Source of the DNA: Vicugna vicugna
Taxonomy: Eukaryota
NCBI GenBank assembly: GCA_013265495.1
Contig: MU058065.1
Span: forward strand, 6,014,302 to 6,078,301
Length of the DNA stretch: 64,000 nucleotides
Direction of reading: 5' to 3'
A program made the translations under genes and the position numbers. The notes under the pieces are model-generated. The model saw only the letters and a program-made list of their open reading frames with translations, was not told where the DNA came from and made no database searches. Positions 10,701-29,145 of this stretch are shown one piece after another. The stretch's first letter is position 1; each line of letters opens with the position of its first letter.

Positions 10701-13700
10701 CGTCCTCACCACCGTCACGCTCCTGGGGGTCACCGTGACCGTGTGCAGGTGGGCCAGGGTGGCAGGTGGGAGCAAGCCGGCTAGCATTCCCAGGAAAAGG
10801 CTTATGTCTCACCATCACCCTGATCCCACTAGGTCCTTTATCCCGGACCAGCACATGGTGTTCTGCCCTGAGCAGCTGCTCCGCGTGATCCTCGCTCACA
10901 TCCACTACATGCCTGACCACTGGCAGGGTAATGCCCACCGCTCGCAGACCCGGGACGAGTTTGCCCAGCTCTTCCAGTACAAGGCAGTGAGTGGAGTTGG
11001 AGTTAGGGCCTGCTAGAAACTGGCTGATAGCTCGGTGGCAAGGGCTGGGCTCCTTCCTGCTTTCTTGTGACCTGCTTTCTTGGCCCCTTCCTTTCTAGGT
11101 GTTCATCTTGGAGGAGTTACTGAGCCCCATTGTCACACCCCTCATCCTCATCTTCTGCCTGCGCCCACGGGCCCTGGAGATTATAGACTTCTTCCGCAAT
11201 TTCACTGTGGAGGTCGTTGGTGTTGGAGATACCTGCTCCTTCGCTCAGATGGATGTTCGCCAGCATGGGCATCCCCAGGTATCAGGATAGGAGTTGGGCA
11301 GGTGGCCAGAGGCCATGCTGGCATATACAGTGTCTTTGGGTGAACTGCAAAACTGCACCCCTTCTGAGCCAACAAATCACATAAAGGCAGCCCTGCCTCT
11401 GGAGAGCCCTGTACCAGGGCACACACTGCTTTGTAAACAGGAGCCTGGGCTGGATTATAGCCTTAAACCTGCACCCTTGGCCAAGCTCCCCTGAGAAAGG
11501 CACAAACCAAGCAGCTCAGTCGGCATGTGGCTATTCCTGGGGTGGGCAAGGGGCCCCTGGGCAAGATACAGCAGTGCATCATGGGCAGGGCCTCCTTGCC
11601 TAGCAGGAAAGGTACAAAAAGATTCCTGTAAAAGGACAGTCCTGCTCACTGCAGCCTCCCTTGTGCAGTGGCTATCCGGGGGACAGACAGAGGCCTCAGT
11701 GTACCAGCAAGCTGAAGATGGGAAGACAGAGTTGTCACTCATGCACTTTGCCATCACCAACCCTGGCTGGCAGCCACCACGTGAGAGCACAGCCTTCCTA
11801 GGCTTCCTCAAGGAGCAAGTTCAGCGGGATGGAGCAGCTGCTGGCCTTGCCCAAGGGGGTCTCCTCCCTGAAAATGCCCTCTTTACATCCATCCAGTCCT
11901 TACAGTCTGAGTCTGAGGTGCGTTCCTAGGGTCTGGGAGATGATGGGCAGAGTGGACTCCGGGAGCTGGGAGTTGAGGACTGGGCATGGGGTGGAAGAGC
12001 CTTCCCTGTCAGTTTCCTTCTGTCTGTTTAGTCTGTGCCACTAATGTGCAGAATCCTTGGGGACCTAGAGGCCTCCCTCTGCCCCGAGACTTCTATCCAC
12101 CTCTTTGTTTCATAGCCACTGAGCCTTATTGCAAATGTGGTAGCTGGCTCATCCTGCCGGGGCCCCCCACTGCCCAGAGACCTGCAGGGCTCCAGGCACA
12201 GGGCTGAAGTTGCCTCTGCCTTGCGCTCCTTCTCCCCTCTGCAAACTGGTCAGGCTCCCACGGGCCGGGCTCCCAGCACCATGACAGGCTCTGGGTAAGT
12301 AGAAGTGGGCCATGACGGGAGGGCGTGGCAGTAGCCCCCAGCAACTTGTGTGGGTCTCAGAAATGTCGATGACTGCATGGTGATGCCTGCTGTCTGTCTG
12401 TGCTGGGAGGGACAGGGTAGATGCCAGGACCGCCAGCTCCGGGAGCAGCGTTTGGGAAGGACAGCTGCAGAGCCTAGTGTTGTCGGAATATGCATCGACA
12501 GAGATGAGCCTGCATGCCCTCTATATGCACCAGGTGAGTGGACAGGAAGGGGCAGGGCCATAGAACCAACGTGGCAGCTGAAAATAGAATAGAGGGTTTT
12601 AGATGTGGAGAAGCAAGACATGAGTTCAAATCCCTTCTCTGCCATTTAACCGCTCTGCAGTCTCCATTCCCACACATAGCTATCCTTTTTGGCCAAGCTT
12701 ACATTCCCCCGGGGCCTTTCCACACTTGTGGTTTCCCCTGCCAAGAATCCACTTCCCTGACATATCCATATGGCCCTCTCCTTCTCCCTCAAGTCTCTTC
12801 CTACTTATCCTGTGAGACCGTCCCTGGCCACCCTGGTAAAATCCTCCCTGGCCTACCCACCTGAATCTTCCTGTTCTTTTTGTCTCTCCATAGCACTTAA
12901 CACCATCTGACCTTGTATTTTTTCCTTATTTGTTCACTGTCTGTCCTTCCCCACCTTCCCTAAGTATACAAGCCTCACAAGAGTTGGGAATTTTGTCTGT
13001 TTTGTTCACTGCTGTATTCCCAGCACCTAAAAGAGTGGCTGGCACTTAGATCTTCAACGAATTTGTTCTTGAATCAAATGACTAGGGAAAATGAGAGCCA
13101 TTACAATCTATGAACAGGCTTGTTCCAGCGATCTGCTGAGAATTTAACCTATAAACATCATATGGCTGGTACACGTGTTATTATTAACATGATAAGCACC
13201 CTCAGTCAACGATTCTAGGTGAGATGGTATAAATGGGAACTGACTAATATGGTGGTGGGGGGCAGCTGTTTCAAACAAATATCCTTCTGTCTCCAACTAA
13301 TAAATCCCCCACTTCTCAGCTCCACAAGCAGCAGGCCCAGGCTGAGCCTGAGCGGCACGTGTGGCACCGCCGGGAGAGTGATGAGAGTGGGGAGAGTGCT
13401 CCTGAAGAGGGGGGAGAGGGTGCCCGGGCCCCCCAGCCTATCCCTCGCTCTGCCAGCTATCCCTGTGCTACACCCCGGCCTGGAGCACCTGAGACCACTG
13501 CCCTGCAGGGTGGCTTCCAGAGGCGCTACGGAGGCATCACAGGTATCCAGAGTGTACAACAAGGCACAGAGCCTTCAGAGAAGGATGGTTCTTCTGGGGA
13601 CCTCTAGGGGAGGAAAGAAATTAGAGGGACCAGACCCAAGGAGACTGATCCCTCTCCTGCACTCCCATTCACCCCCAGCACCCCAGAACCATTCTCCTCA

Positions 13701-14174
13701 ATCCTGTTTGTGTTCATTCTGAGAGTATTTACTGTGTCTTTAGACCCCGGCACAGTGCCCCGGGCACCCTCTCACTTCTCCCGGCTGCCCCTTGGAGGGT
13801 GGGCTGAAGATGGGCAGTCAGCATCGAGGCACCCGGAGCCCGTGCCTGAAGAGGGCTCAGAGGATGAGCTTCCCCCTCAGGTGCACAAGGTAAGGGCTCC
13901 CAGACCTGGAAACAACTGCCAGAAGTAGTAACTTCCAGGCTGAGGTCAAAGCTGCTTGTGTGAAAGGAGTTGGGAGTCCAGTGCAGAGATAAATCCCTCC
14001 AAAGTACACTTCCCTTTTTCCCCTCACCTATTCTGAAATACAGGACTGGACATTTCCTTTGCTTACATCCCCAAGAATCAAGTTTTCCTTTTCCTTTATT
14101 TCCAGGCATCTGTTGTGTAAGCAGATAGCTGAAGACTATCTCCTCTAACAACCCTTTTCTCTTCACAGGTATAG
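7705..14174 (+). CDS. ATG9A: Autophagy-related protein 9A (lipid scramblase), 839 aa
   Basis: Exons 7705-7807, 7930-7973, 8512-8576, 9274-9435, 9627-9768, 10000-10748, 10833-10986, 11099-11278, 11669-11917, 12116-12294, 12416-12533, 13320-13542, 13744-13889, 14169-14174. Total 2520 nt = 839 aa plus stop. Runs MAQFDTEYQRLE...ELPPQVHKV*. Intron 7974-8511 is AT-AC. Confidence 0.98.
7974..8511 (+). other. ATG9A: U12-type AT-AC minor-spliceosome intron in ATG9A
   Basis: 5' splice site ATATCCTTT, branch site TTTCTTAAC (8495-8503), terminal AC. It is needed to join FFSR to VYNLHQK in frame. Confidence 0.93.
8275..8475 (-). mobile_element. MIR SINE fragment inside the U12 intron
   Basis: MIR-core-like text GCTCAGAGAGGTTAAGTGACTTGGCCAAAGTCACAG. 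Boundaries approximate. Confidence 0.7.
12660..13085 (+). mobile_element. L2 LINE 3' fragment in an ATG9A intron
   Basis: Typical L2 3' end: TTGTTCACTGCTGTATTCCCAGCACCT...TGGCACTTAG...TTGAATCAAATGA. Confidence 0.7.
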
Positions 14175-15234
14175 ACAAGGTGGAAGAAGGTCCCTATGCC
14201 CCAGGATGGAGGCCACCGTTGCCCTGCCATCCCATCCGCCCGCCATGGAGGGCTCCTCCGAGTGTTGCCTGGCTCCACGCGTGTGGTGTTTGTGTGTCTG
14301 TGCCTGGCCAAGGGAGGTGCCAACACTGGGCTCACCACAGCCCCAGGAGAGAGACTGGGGGCCTAGAAACCATGGCACACAGGACTCTAGCCTCATCCCC
14401 AGGACCCCCCTTGGCTCAGAGTGTGGTGCTAGAAACTGGTCCCCAGCCCAGCCCCAGTACTGCCACCTTTGCACCCACCCCTGCAAGTCTCCAGAGGACT
14501 GCCCACCACAGAAGCTGCCAAGCAGGGAGAACCTGTGCCAACTGTGGAGTGGGGAGGTTGGGCCTGGACCCTCAACCTCTGCAGCCTCCCTCCCCCCACC
14601 CTGAACAGATGAGCAGCTCAGGCTGTGGCCCTTACCTCACCCCCAGTTCTCTCCCAGTGCTGCAGCCTGCTCACCTCTCCCCTGCTTCCTGCACATCCCT
14701 GGCATGTGTGCCGCTTGCGCCTATTCTGTTCGCTTGCTCCCCTTCTGTTCAGCTTTTGCTTTGTGTTGGTGTGGAGGCTCTAGCTCCTAGCTCCTAGCTC
14801 CCAGCTCCCCTCACGATATCTTTTGACACTAAGAAGGAAGGTTTCTAAATCGCAGGTGCAGGATGGAAATTCTTTGCTCCTTTCTCCAACTTTTAGCATA
14901 AACCCCGGGAGACTGAGGCCTTCTTGGGCCCCACTGCTGCTTATTGTATCCCCCACCACCTGCACATGGGGTGGACAGGGCTGGAGTGTGCCCTCAGCTG
15001 TTTATCTCCCAGCAAGAGAGTTCTGGTCTGCATCCCGCTGTCCCCTAGAGGGGGATGGAGGGGCGACGGAACGGCTTTGCCCTAGGCTTTGGGCCGCCGC
15101 ATTGCATGCTGGGACTCAGCTCCTTTCTCCGCCCCACCCCTCACTCAGCCCTGGTCCGCTGCGGGAGAGAGGTGAACGACGCATCCCGAACTCAGCGGAA
15201 TGGGGTGGGGACCGTGTACAGTTTGACAACCCTT

Positions 15235-15240
15235 AATAAA
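15235..15240 (+). terminator. ATG9A polyadenylation signal
   Basis: AATAAA ~1.06 kb after the stop codon, followed by GT-rich sequence. Confidence 0.75.
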
Positions 15241-15904
15241 GAAGGGACGTTGACCAGGTCGCAGCTTGTTGTCTCACGCGGCTAGATAAGCGGAGATGGG
15301 TGTTGTGATCCACCCAGGTGGGTAGGGACCGGGTTCGCCCCGTGGGAAAGCTGGCCTATGTGGGAACTCGGATATACCGACCTAGTCGGAGAGCGGAAGG
15401 GCAGCTTCTGATCCGTAGAGGTCAAGGACTCCGGCAGGACGTGCGGTCAGATTTCCCGCCCTGAACACGTGACCGTGCCGGCTCAGCCGATCTATTTTGC
15501 CTTCCTGTGCGTGCACTATTTTCCCCGCCCCTTCGGAGACATTCGGCCAATGGGGACCCTGGATAGGGGCGGGGGGGCAGCCTTGGAGGACGGGGCTGCT
15601 GCGGAAGGGAACGGCTGGAGTCAGATACTGAACATTCCCGTGAGCTCCGACTTGGCCCGGAGATCCCCGGCCGCGAGCGTGGGGCGGGCGGCCGAGACGG
15701 CGTGAGTGCGTGACGGCGGCGCGTGCGCGAAGAGAGTGGGTGGTGTGGTGGGGTCCACGTGCGTCCCTGTCCCACGACCCTCGCGGCATAGCCCTGAGGC
15801 TCCATGACCCAAGACATCTGAGATTCCGCGCCCCACCCCGAGCGGCCGGTCCAGTTCTCACGTCTCACAGTCCCCGCAGCCTTGGCGGGCGGCCACACAT
15901 TGCC

Positions 15905-22604
<6,700 letters not shown>

Positions 22605-22745
22605 CAAAAGTTGTGGATACTTCCCTCCCAAAGGATTGCTCCAAGGGAAGTACATTGTATACCTCTTCCCTGCCATATTTCATCCTGGTCTTGGTGCTAG
22701 CTATAATGAAGGAAAGGGGCCTTTCAGAAAAGGACTTTTTGGGGA

Positions 22746-22751
22746 AATAAA
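22746..22751 (+). terminator. ABCB6 polyadenylation signal
   Basis: AATAAA ~140 nt after TGA, followed by a GT-rich tract. Confidence 0.75.
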
Positions 22752-22909
22752 AGTGTGGACTGTGCTAGGATCACAGTGAGTTTGTGGTGTGGGGATTGCA
22801 GTGGGCCTCTACCCTTAGGTCAGGTAAGCATTCTTGACAGGACTCTTTCATTTTTGGTCGGAGAGGAGAAAGAAACACCCCTTTGATGTCTTACTGACTG
22901 CCAAGATCC

Positions 22910-22915
22910 TTTATT
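22910..22915 (-). terminator. ZFAND2B polyadenylation signal
   Basis: TTTATT on the + strand (AATAAA on -), ~315 nt past the ZFAND2B stop. Confidence 0.7.
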
Positions 22916-23230
22916 CTTTCTAGGCCCCTCCCTGCCCCCTATACATGAGGTCAACCCCAGTATACAGGAGATGACAAGATGCATGGGTCTAAGTGGGGCC
23001 TGGCCAGGGAATAGTTCAGAGTTGCTCTCTCCCGTGCAGCTGGACAGGCCAGCAGAGCCATCTGTAGGCTCAGCTCTGCAAGCTGTTTCTCCTGATGCTC
23101 CCTGGAGGTGGCCTCCATGTCACTCCTCATCTTCAGTCCAGGCTGCTCCGGGCCTCCTCTCCCTGTGGACCCTAGAGGTGCGAGGGCCACAGTCCTCCTC
23201 AGCTGAGCCTCCCTCCCCAAGCCCAAGGCC

Positions 23231-25575
23231 CTAGCACAGGTTGCAGTTGGACGGCTTCAAGCTGCGGCTTTGAGCCTGGAGCAAGGAGAGGGAAGGAGAG
23301 GAAGACAGGGTGCAACGTCAAGAAAATGAGGGGGACAGTCCTCCCTACAGAGCTCAGCATGGGCTGGAGTCACATTGAAAATAAAAGGATAAACATCATT
23401 CCAAACCACTCAGAAGAACACTCCCACCCCCTGAAAATCCCCATTTCTACCCCGTCCCCATACCTGCTGCTGTCGGTATTCTGCCTCACTGGCTGATAGT
23501 GCTTGTGCTAAAGCTAAGTCTTCTTCCTCCTGAGAACTGGGAGAGAGGAACGGCTTAAACTGGATGACAGTATCTAAAATGTGAGCATCTCATCTGTTAC
23601 GCATCACTGTGCTGAGCACTTCTGAGTATACCTCAATTTTCATAGCAACCTTACAGGGTAAGTATTAGTGTTGTCCCCACTTTATAGAGGACGTTATGAC
23701 CCTAATGGGTTAAAGAACTTGTCAAAGGGTCATATAGTTCAAAAACTTAATTTTGAGCCCAGGTTCCTAACTATTATCATGCATTGGGGCAGAGTGGTCC
23801 TACGTACCTCTCTCCAGAGTCCTTGCCCACATCCCACCCTCTTTCACCAGAGAGTAGGTACCTTGGGACCTGGGGTTTGGTCTCTGCCAGGGACAGTTCG
23901 AGGGCTCGCTGCAGAGCCTCATCCTCACTCTGCAAAAGGGAAAATAAGACCAGTTGCCTTGGACTTCACTCTCACTGAGTTTGCTTTTGTCAGTCTGACC
24001 TCTGCCCAACTCACCAAGCCATTTTGCAAAGCAATCACTGGAGGGGCTGTCCGAGATGGAGACTGAGTTGTGGCTCTATGGCAGACATTCAAGAGGCTGA
24101 GGTCAGAGATGTGAATGGAAAAAGGGGAGAGGAGAAACAGGCAGGCCTACCTGCTGGCAGAGGGAGATGAAGGCAAGGTCTGATTTGGGCTGGGGTTGGT
24201 CTTTGTAGAAGAAGCTAGGCTTTGTGCTCTGGAGATGGCGGCAAGTCTGTAGAAGAGACACTCGTGGCATGCCTCCAGGTGCAGCTTGCAAGTTTCCCCC
24301 CAGGCCTGACCCAGGAAGTTAGGAGAGAAGCTCCTCCAAAAGGTCTGGAAAACATGCACTTGGAAAGGAAATAAGACTGCCATAGCTAAAGGGGACAGGT
24401 TGAAGCTTCCCAACTATAATGATAGAAGTTGAGTCAGTTCTAAAAGGATGGAGTGGCCCCAAAGGCAAGTAAAGGGCCCTGTTGCAGTTACCCTGCCCTA
24501 CTGGTTGGGTGCCCCTCCCCAGAGCAATCATGGTCCAGTGGGTGACGGTGCTTGATGCAGAAGTTTCGGGTACAGCGCTCGCAGGTCAGTTTCATCATTT
24601 CCCTCTGCCGGCAGCCAGAGCGTTCACACTTATTGGTGAAGATCTGAGATGGAGTAGGAAGAATTGTCTTTTCTGAGACTCTGATTCCCCTTAAACTCCA
24701 TCGTAACAGTTGTTCAGATTTCCAGGCATTTGCAGTCCCAGCTGACCATGGTTAACCCCTCCAATGCTTACCTTACGTTTTTGCTGGGCTGGATCAGAGC
24801 GACAGTCTCGGTCAATGTGCTCCCCAACAGCGCGGTCAGGGGGCTCCCCTCTGGCCACAGGTACAGGCACATTACAGAGTGGGCATACAGGTACCTGGAT
24901 ATCCTGTGGTTAGGGAGCAAGGGTCGGTTTGTGGCCCACTCTCAGTCCAACCAAATCTCTGGTCCTGAAAGAACCTTCCTGAAAGACCCTGGATAAGCCC
25001 CCGACATAAACGCAAAAGGAAACACAATGTTCCCTGCACTGAGCCTCAAAAAGAAAAAGAGAGAGAGAGAGAGGAAATGAGCTGCAGAGGGATTCCAGAG
25101 ATTCTGCAGGCATCCTCCACGCGCCCCCTTTCGCCCTCAGACGCCCCCTCACCTTTTGGTAGGCAGATCCACAGTGATGCTGGGCGTAGGCTACATGGTC
25201 TGCGCAAAAGATGCCCGAGCAGGCGTCGCACTTGAGCGGCAGAAAATCTGCAGGAAGCAGGTCGGATTGCAGGTCCAGCGTGACCTCGACATCGTTCCCG
25301 CTCACTCAAGCCTTCCACTCAGGGGAGGGAAAAACGCCACCGTAATGGCAACAAACTGTATCCTTGCCCTAGCCCGTCATCTCAGCCACGCCCCCAACTT
25401 CGAGCCCCGCCCTTCTCTGGCAAGTCCAGTCCAGGAGCCCACCCTTCCTACAACCTGCAGTTCCAAGCCCCTCTCGGCCTGGCTCCGCCCCCCCGCATGC
25501 TCCGCCCCTCACCCCCTCACCCAAACGCTGACAGCTCGGCTCGGAACAGTGAGCCCCGAGGTCCGGAAACTCCAT
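23231..25575 (-). CDS. ZFAND2B: AN1-type zinc finger protein 2B (AIRAPL), 258 aa
   Basis: Exons 25521-25575, 25153-25247, 24772-24903, 24492-24643, 24151-24246, 24015-24075, 23862-23929, 23464-23536, 23231-23275. Total 777 nt. MEFPDLGAHC start, two AN1 fingers, two UIMs (SEDEALQRALELSL, EEEDLALAQALSAS) and a CAAX-type C-terminus CNLC*. Confidence 0.97.
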
Positions 25576-26050
25576 CGCGGGGCCGGGCAGGGCCTGCTGG
25601 GAGAGGAAGCGATGCTGAGTTCCTCTAGGACTCCCGCTCCGGGTCCGGACCGCGACCCCGCAATCTAGGGGACCCCTTGCCCCGCCTCTCCCCGGCCGGG
25701 CCCGGGTTACCCGAGCCTCAGCGCCTCCCGGGCCGCAGCTCCCACTCCTCCCCTCCCACTCCTCCCCTGGCGCACGCGGCCGCGCTGACGTCATCGCGCA
25801 GGGCGAGCACGTCCTGCGAAGTCTCCGGGCGGCGAAGGGAGGCACCCGGGAGAAGCCGAGCCCCGCCCCACCTTGGTCCGGAAGGTTCGGAGCTGGATGG
25901 CTCTGGGTGAGTAGCTGGCCCTCACACGGGTTGGTGATCTTCGGCGCGGGCCAAGCTCCACGAAGGGCGAAAGGGCCGGCGAAGGACATAAGATACAGTG
26001 GAAGGCTAGGGTGGCTTGGGGTCTTCACAATTGAGTCCTACGCCCGCTTC
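25100..26050 (-). promoter_or_regulatory. ZFAND2B CpG-island promoter with a perfect CRE
   Basis: CpG-rich. TGACGTCA at 25786-25793 and GC boxes at ~25861. Confidence 0.75.
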
Positions 26051-26389
26051 TCACTCTACACCCTCTCCCTAGCTATTTGTTCACGGCCACTGCAGTGCTT
26101 ACTCTCCGTAAGCTGATGACTCCCTTATGTATCTGAAGGATGCATTTCTCTCCAGAGCTGTAGCTCATGCAGGTTTATTTTCGATGTCCTTTCTGTAAGA
26201 CTTCTCTGACCCTCCCCAGTTTGAGCTAAGCGCACTCCCTTTGTGGGCTTCCTGCTTCTGTTCTAGCACCCTGTCACCGTATTGTGATCAGCTGTTCCTT
26301 CACTCCCCCATGTAAATATACTGGGCAGTCAGGGACCGCATCTCCCTTGCCTTGTGTGAGGCCCCAGCTCCTGGCATCGTGCCTGAAAC

Positions 26390-26555
26390 TGTGTGGTTTT
26401 CAGACTTCATTGTGAATCCGAATCACCTGTTGGGTGCTGGTTTAAAATGCAGATTCCTGAGCAGGATGGAGGTGGGTGGTGGCTTCTGATTCAGTAGGAA
26501 GCATACCAGAATTCTGACACGGGTTATCCATGTATTACACTTTGAAAAACACAAG
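26390..26555. mobile_element. MER5A-like hAT-Charlie MITE
   Basis: TIR-like ends GTGGTTTTCAGACT...ACTTTGAAAAACAC, internal GAATCACCTG and AAAATGCAGATTCCTG. Confidence 0.6.
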
Positions 26556-27159
26556 CCTAGAATATTCTGAGTACTTATTAAATGTTTCTTGAATGAAGCT
26601 AGAGAGTTACTGGATTGATGTCCTGCTTTGCCTTAGGGAGCCCCAGGTTGAGACCTACTTGAGCACGTTTTGCTTCCCACATGCCCCTCTGTCCCCTCAT
26701 GCATAGGCTTGTTTGCACCCTTACCTTCCCATAAGTTTGGGAAGGACAGATAAACAGGTGAAATAGACTTAGAGTTGAACAGTGTTCTCCAAAATGTAGA
26801 AATAACCATGCTGCAATTGGAAATGAGGAGCCTTCTCTTCTCCCTCTGTCCCTCCAACTTTTGGGTCTGTTTCCCTCTGTATCTGAGCCTTACATCCTTA
26901 CAGCTCTAAGGCTAGTGGAAATTAAAGCCATTTTTTCCTGGTTCTTCAAGTAGAAGGCCTAATGTCATCTCTGACCGTGCCCTATTGCCTTGACTTGGAT
27001 CATCTACCAAACCCTGACCTGTGGTATATGATGTTCTGATGGGCCAGGCCTGCATCTCATGTTCGGAGGATGGGAGTCAGCTCCACCTAAAGTGAAAATC
27101 ACCAAGCTGACTTGGGCAATCCTTCCAGAAAACCCAGGAGAATCCATGCAATTCCTTCC

Positions 27160-27700
27160 TTCATTCAACAATATACTGAATGTCCTCCCACATGCCTGTC
27201 ACTGGATAATACATGCAAAGACTGGGAAGTACAGGGCAATATGGCAGTACATTTCAGTTACCCCCATTCTTAAGTTGACAAGTGTTATTCAAGCCAAAAC
27301 CTGGAGGGTGAGTAGATATTGAATAGGTGAAGATCAAGGGAGAAAGGAATGGGGTGGAAGGAGATGGTATTCCAAGCAGAGGAAACAGCAGAGACAAAGA
27401 CCTGGAGATAAGCAGGAACAAGATCCTTTAGATGAGCTTTTAAAAGCTTGCAACATCTGGATCTTAGGGTGTAAGAGGCAGCTTGGCAGGAGATAAATGT
27501 GGAGAGAGGGGTCAAATCACCTCAGGTTGTAGAGGCCACTTTAGTATTGAGAATTTTAACAAATATAATGAGAAACTATAGACAGCTTTAAGCAGAGGAG
27601 TAATATGATCAGATTTGTATTTTGGGAAAGTCACTCTTCTTTTAGAGTGGAGAACAGATTGGAAGAAGGGACACCAGGTAGAAGGCTGTTGCTGTAATTG
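27160..27700 (-). mobile_element. L2 LINE fragment
   Basis: Starts TTCATTCAACAATATACTGA. Contains L2-like TTTAAGCAGAGGAGTAATATGATCAGATTTGTATTTT. Confidence 0.65.
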
Positions 27701-27989
27701 AGGCAAAAAAAGAAAAGAAAAGAAATTCTATTTCCTAAGCAAGCATGAAGTATTCAGGAAAATTTTTTAAAGAAAAATCCTGACCTTATCTGCAGGAAAC
27801 ACCCTGACCTACCTTTATGCAAAAGTTCAGCCAAATATTCAGTTAGTGTATGGAACACCTTTGGCCAATCCTTTGGAAAATTCTGGCAGCTGCTTCTTTC
27901 AACCCATCCTCACACCCTAGGGTAGGCTCTGGGCAGCCATGTTTCTGTCCTTGCCAAAGATGACTGGTCCGGGAGTAGTCATCTGACCC

Positions 27990-28320
27990 ATGTTGGGTAT
28001 CTAAATTTGTGTTCCCCCAAAAGCATAACCTGAGACAAGGATTTGGATGTAGATAATTCATGTAGGAGGTAATCCTAGCCAGAGTTAAGAGAGTAGGAAG
28101 GAGAGGGACAGGGAAGGAAGGAAAACCAGTAGGTTACTACTGTGGTAATAGGAGCTCAGTTCCACTGGGAACCCTAGGAGGAAGTATATAAAATACACCT
28201 CAGAATTATCCTTCTAAAAGGACAGGAGGCTGGGCTGACTCCTGTCTTCCATAAGTTGGGTGTTACTGCTGAGGATAAGTCCTCCACGTCTAACTTGCAC
28301 AGCCAACCTGCCCCTGTATG
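27990..28320. mobile_element. Old ERVL/MaLR-class LTR fragment (subfamily uncertain)
   Basis: CTGAGACAAGGATTTGGATGTAGATAATT resembles old ERVL-class LTR consensus text. Related pieces at ~28520-28670 and ~29590-29710. Confidence 0.45.
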
Positions 28321-29007
28321 TCAGTGAAGGAGAACAGATATTTGGGGGACAACTAGTGTCACAAAGTGAAATAAAGGAAGACTTTCATGATATTTGAGCC
28401 ATCCTGAGCTTGAAGTAATGAAGCAGGTGGTGGGTCACTTAAAGGCACACAGCAGCCAAGATTGTGTAGCTCAAGGGGTCTGAGGATGAGAACAACAGAA
28501 TCAAGCACCACTCAGTCTCCTGTTGTAGACCACTCTATTGGTTGTCTTACCCAAGAGCCATTCCCCTGCTCCCTCCTTGAAGACAAAACCCTGATTTTAA
28601 TCATCCTTTTCCAAGCAGTTGTGTTTTGCATGGGTCCCCTTGCAGCCCCCAGTATGTCTTAAATGGTCTAAGTCAGTTTTTCAAACTTTTAAAATATTAC
28701 CCACATTAGAACTACGTTTTATAACCCAACACACATACATACCTGATACTTGACCTTATTATGTTTGATATACTTTGGTATTCTATTACATTTCATTTTT
28801 TTAAAATGCTACTTACCATACACTACTTTGATTTCCATCCCACCATCCCATTAAGGGGCTACAAACTTCAGTTTGGGAAAAAACCAAACTTCCCTTAGCT
28901 AACTAAACTTCCCTCATTCCCCTTTGTTAAGGCATGTAAAACAATTTGTATCTGAAAGAAAAATTTATCCCAAACTTTAAAAAAAGACAAAATGATGATC
29001 ATTCTTT

Positions 29008-29145
29008 ATTTTTTTTAAGTTTTTTTGGGGGGGTAGTAATTAGATATTTATTTGTTTGTTTGTTTTAATGAAGATACTGGGAGATTGAACTAAGGACCTC
29101 GTGCATGCTAAGCATGCACTCTATCACTGAGCTATACTCTCCCCC
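29008..29145 (-). mobile_element. tRNA-derived SINE, camelid Vic-1-like, with 10-bp TSD
   Basis: Minus-strand head GGGGGAGAGTATAGCTCAGTGATAGAGTGCATGCTTAGCATGCACGAGGTCC. TSD ATCATTCTTT at 28998-29007 and 29146-29155. Confidence 0.85.

Noticed and set aside
13543..13743. ATG9A intron starting GTATCC as a second U12 intron
   Set aside because: It continues AG rather than TT and has no TCCTTAAC-like branch near the acceptor, so I treated it as U2.
14180..15285. ORFs of up to 205 aa in the ATG9A 3'UTR
   Set aside because: Low-complexity Pro/Ser/Cys translations typical of GC-rich UTR, with no family resemblance.
15710..15904. 65-codon open frame upstream of and in frame with the ABCB6 ATG
   Set aside because: It starts at GTG in a very GC-rich island where stops are rare by chance, and the recognised N-terminus MVTVGNYC has a strong Kozak context (gccATGG).
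25876..25890. Heat-shock-element-like GTCcgGAAggTTC at ZFAND2B
   Set aside because: Only two good nGAAn units, and CCGGAAG is equally an ETS-type core.
25576..26028. Long in-frame extension upstream of ZFAND2B, with an ATG at 25794
   Set aside because: That ATG overlaps the CRE and is probably upstream of the transcription start. The open frame is explained by GC-rich promoter sequence.
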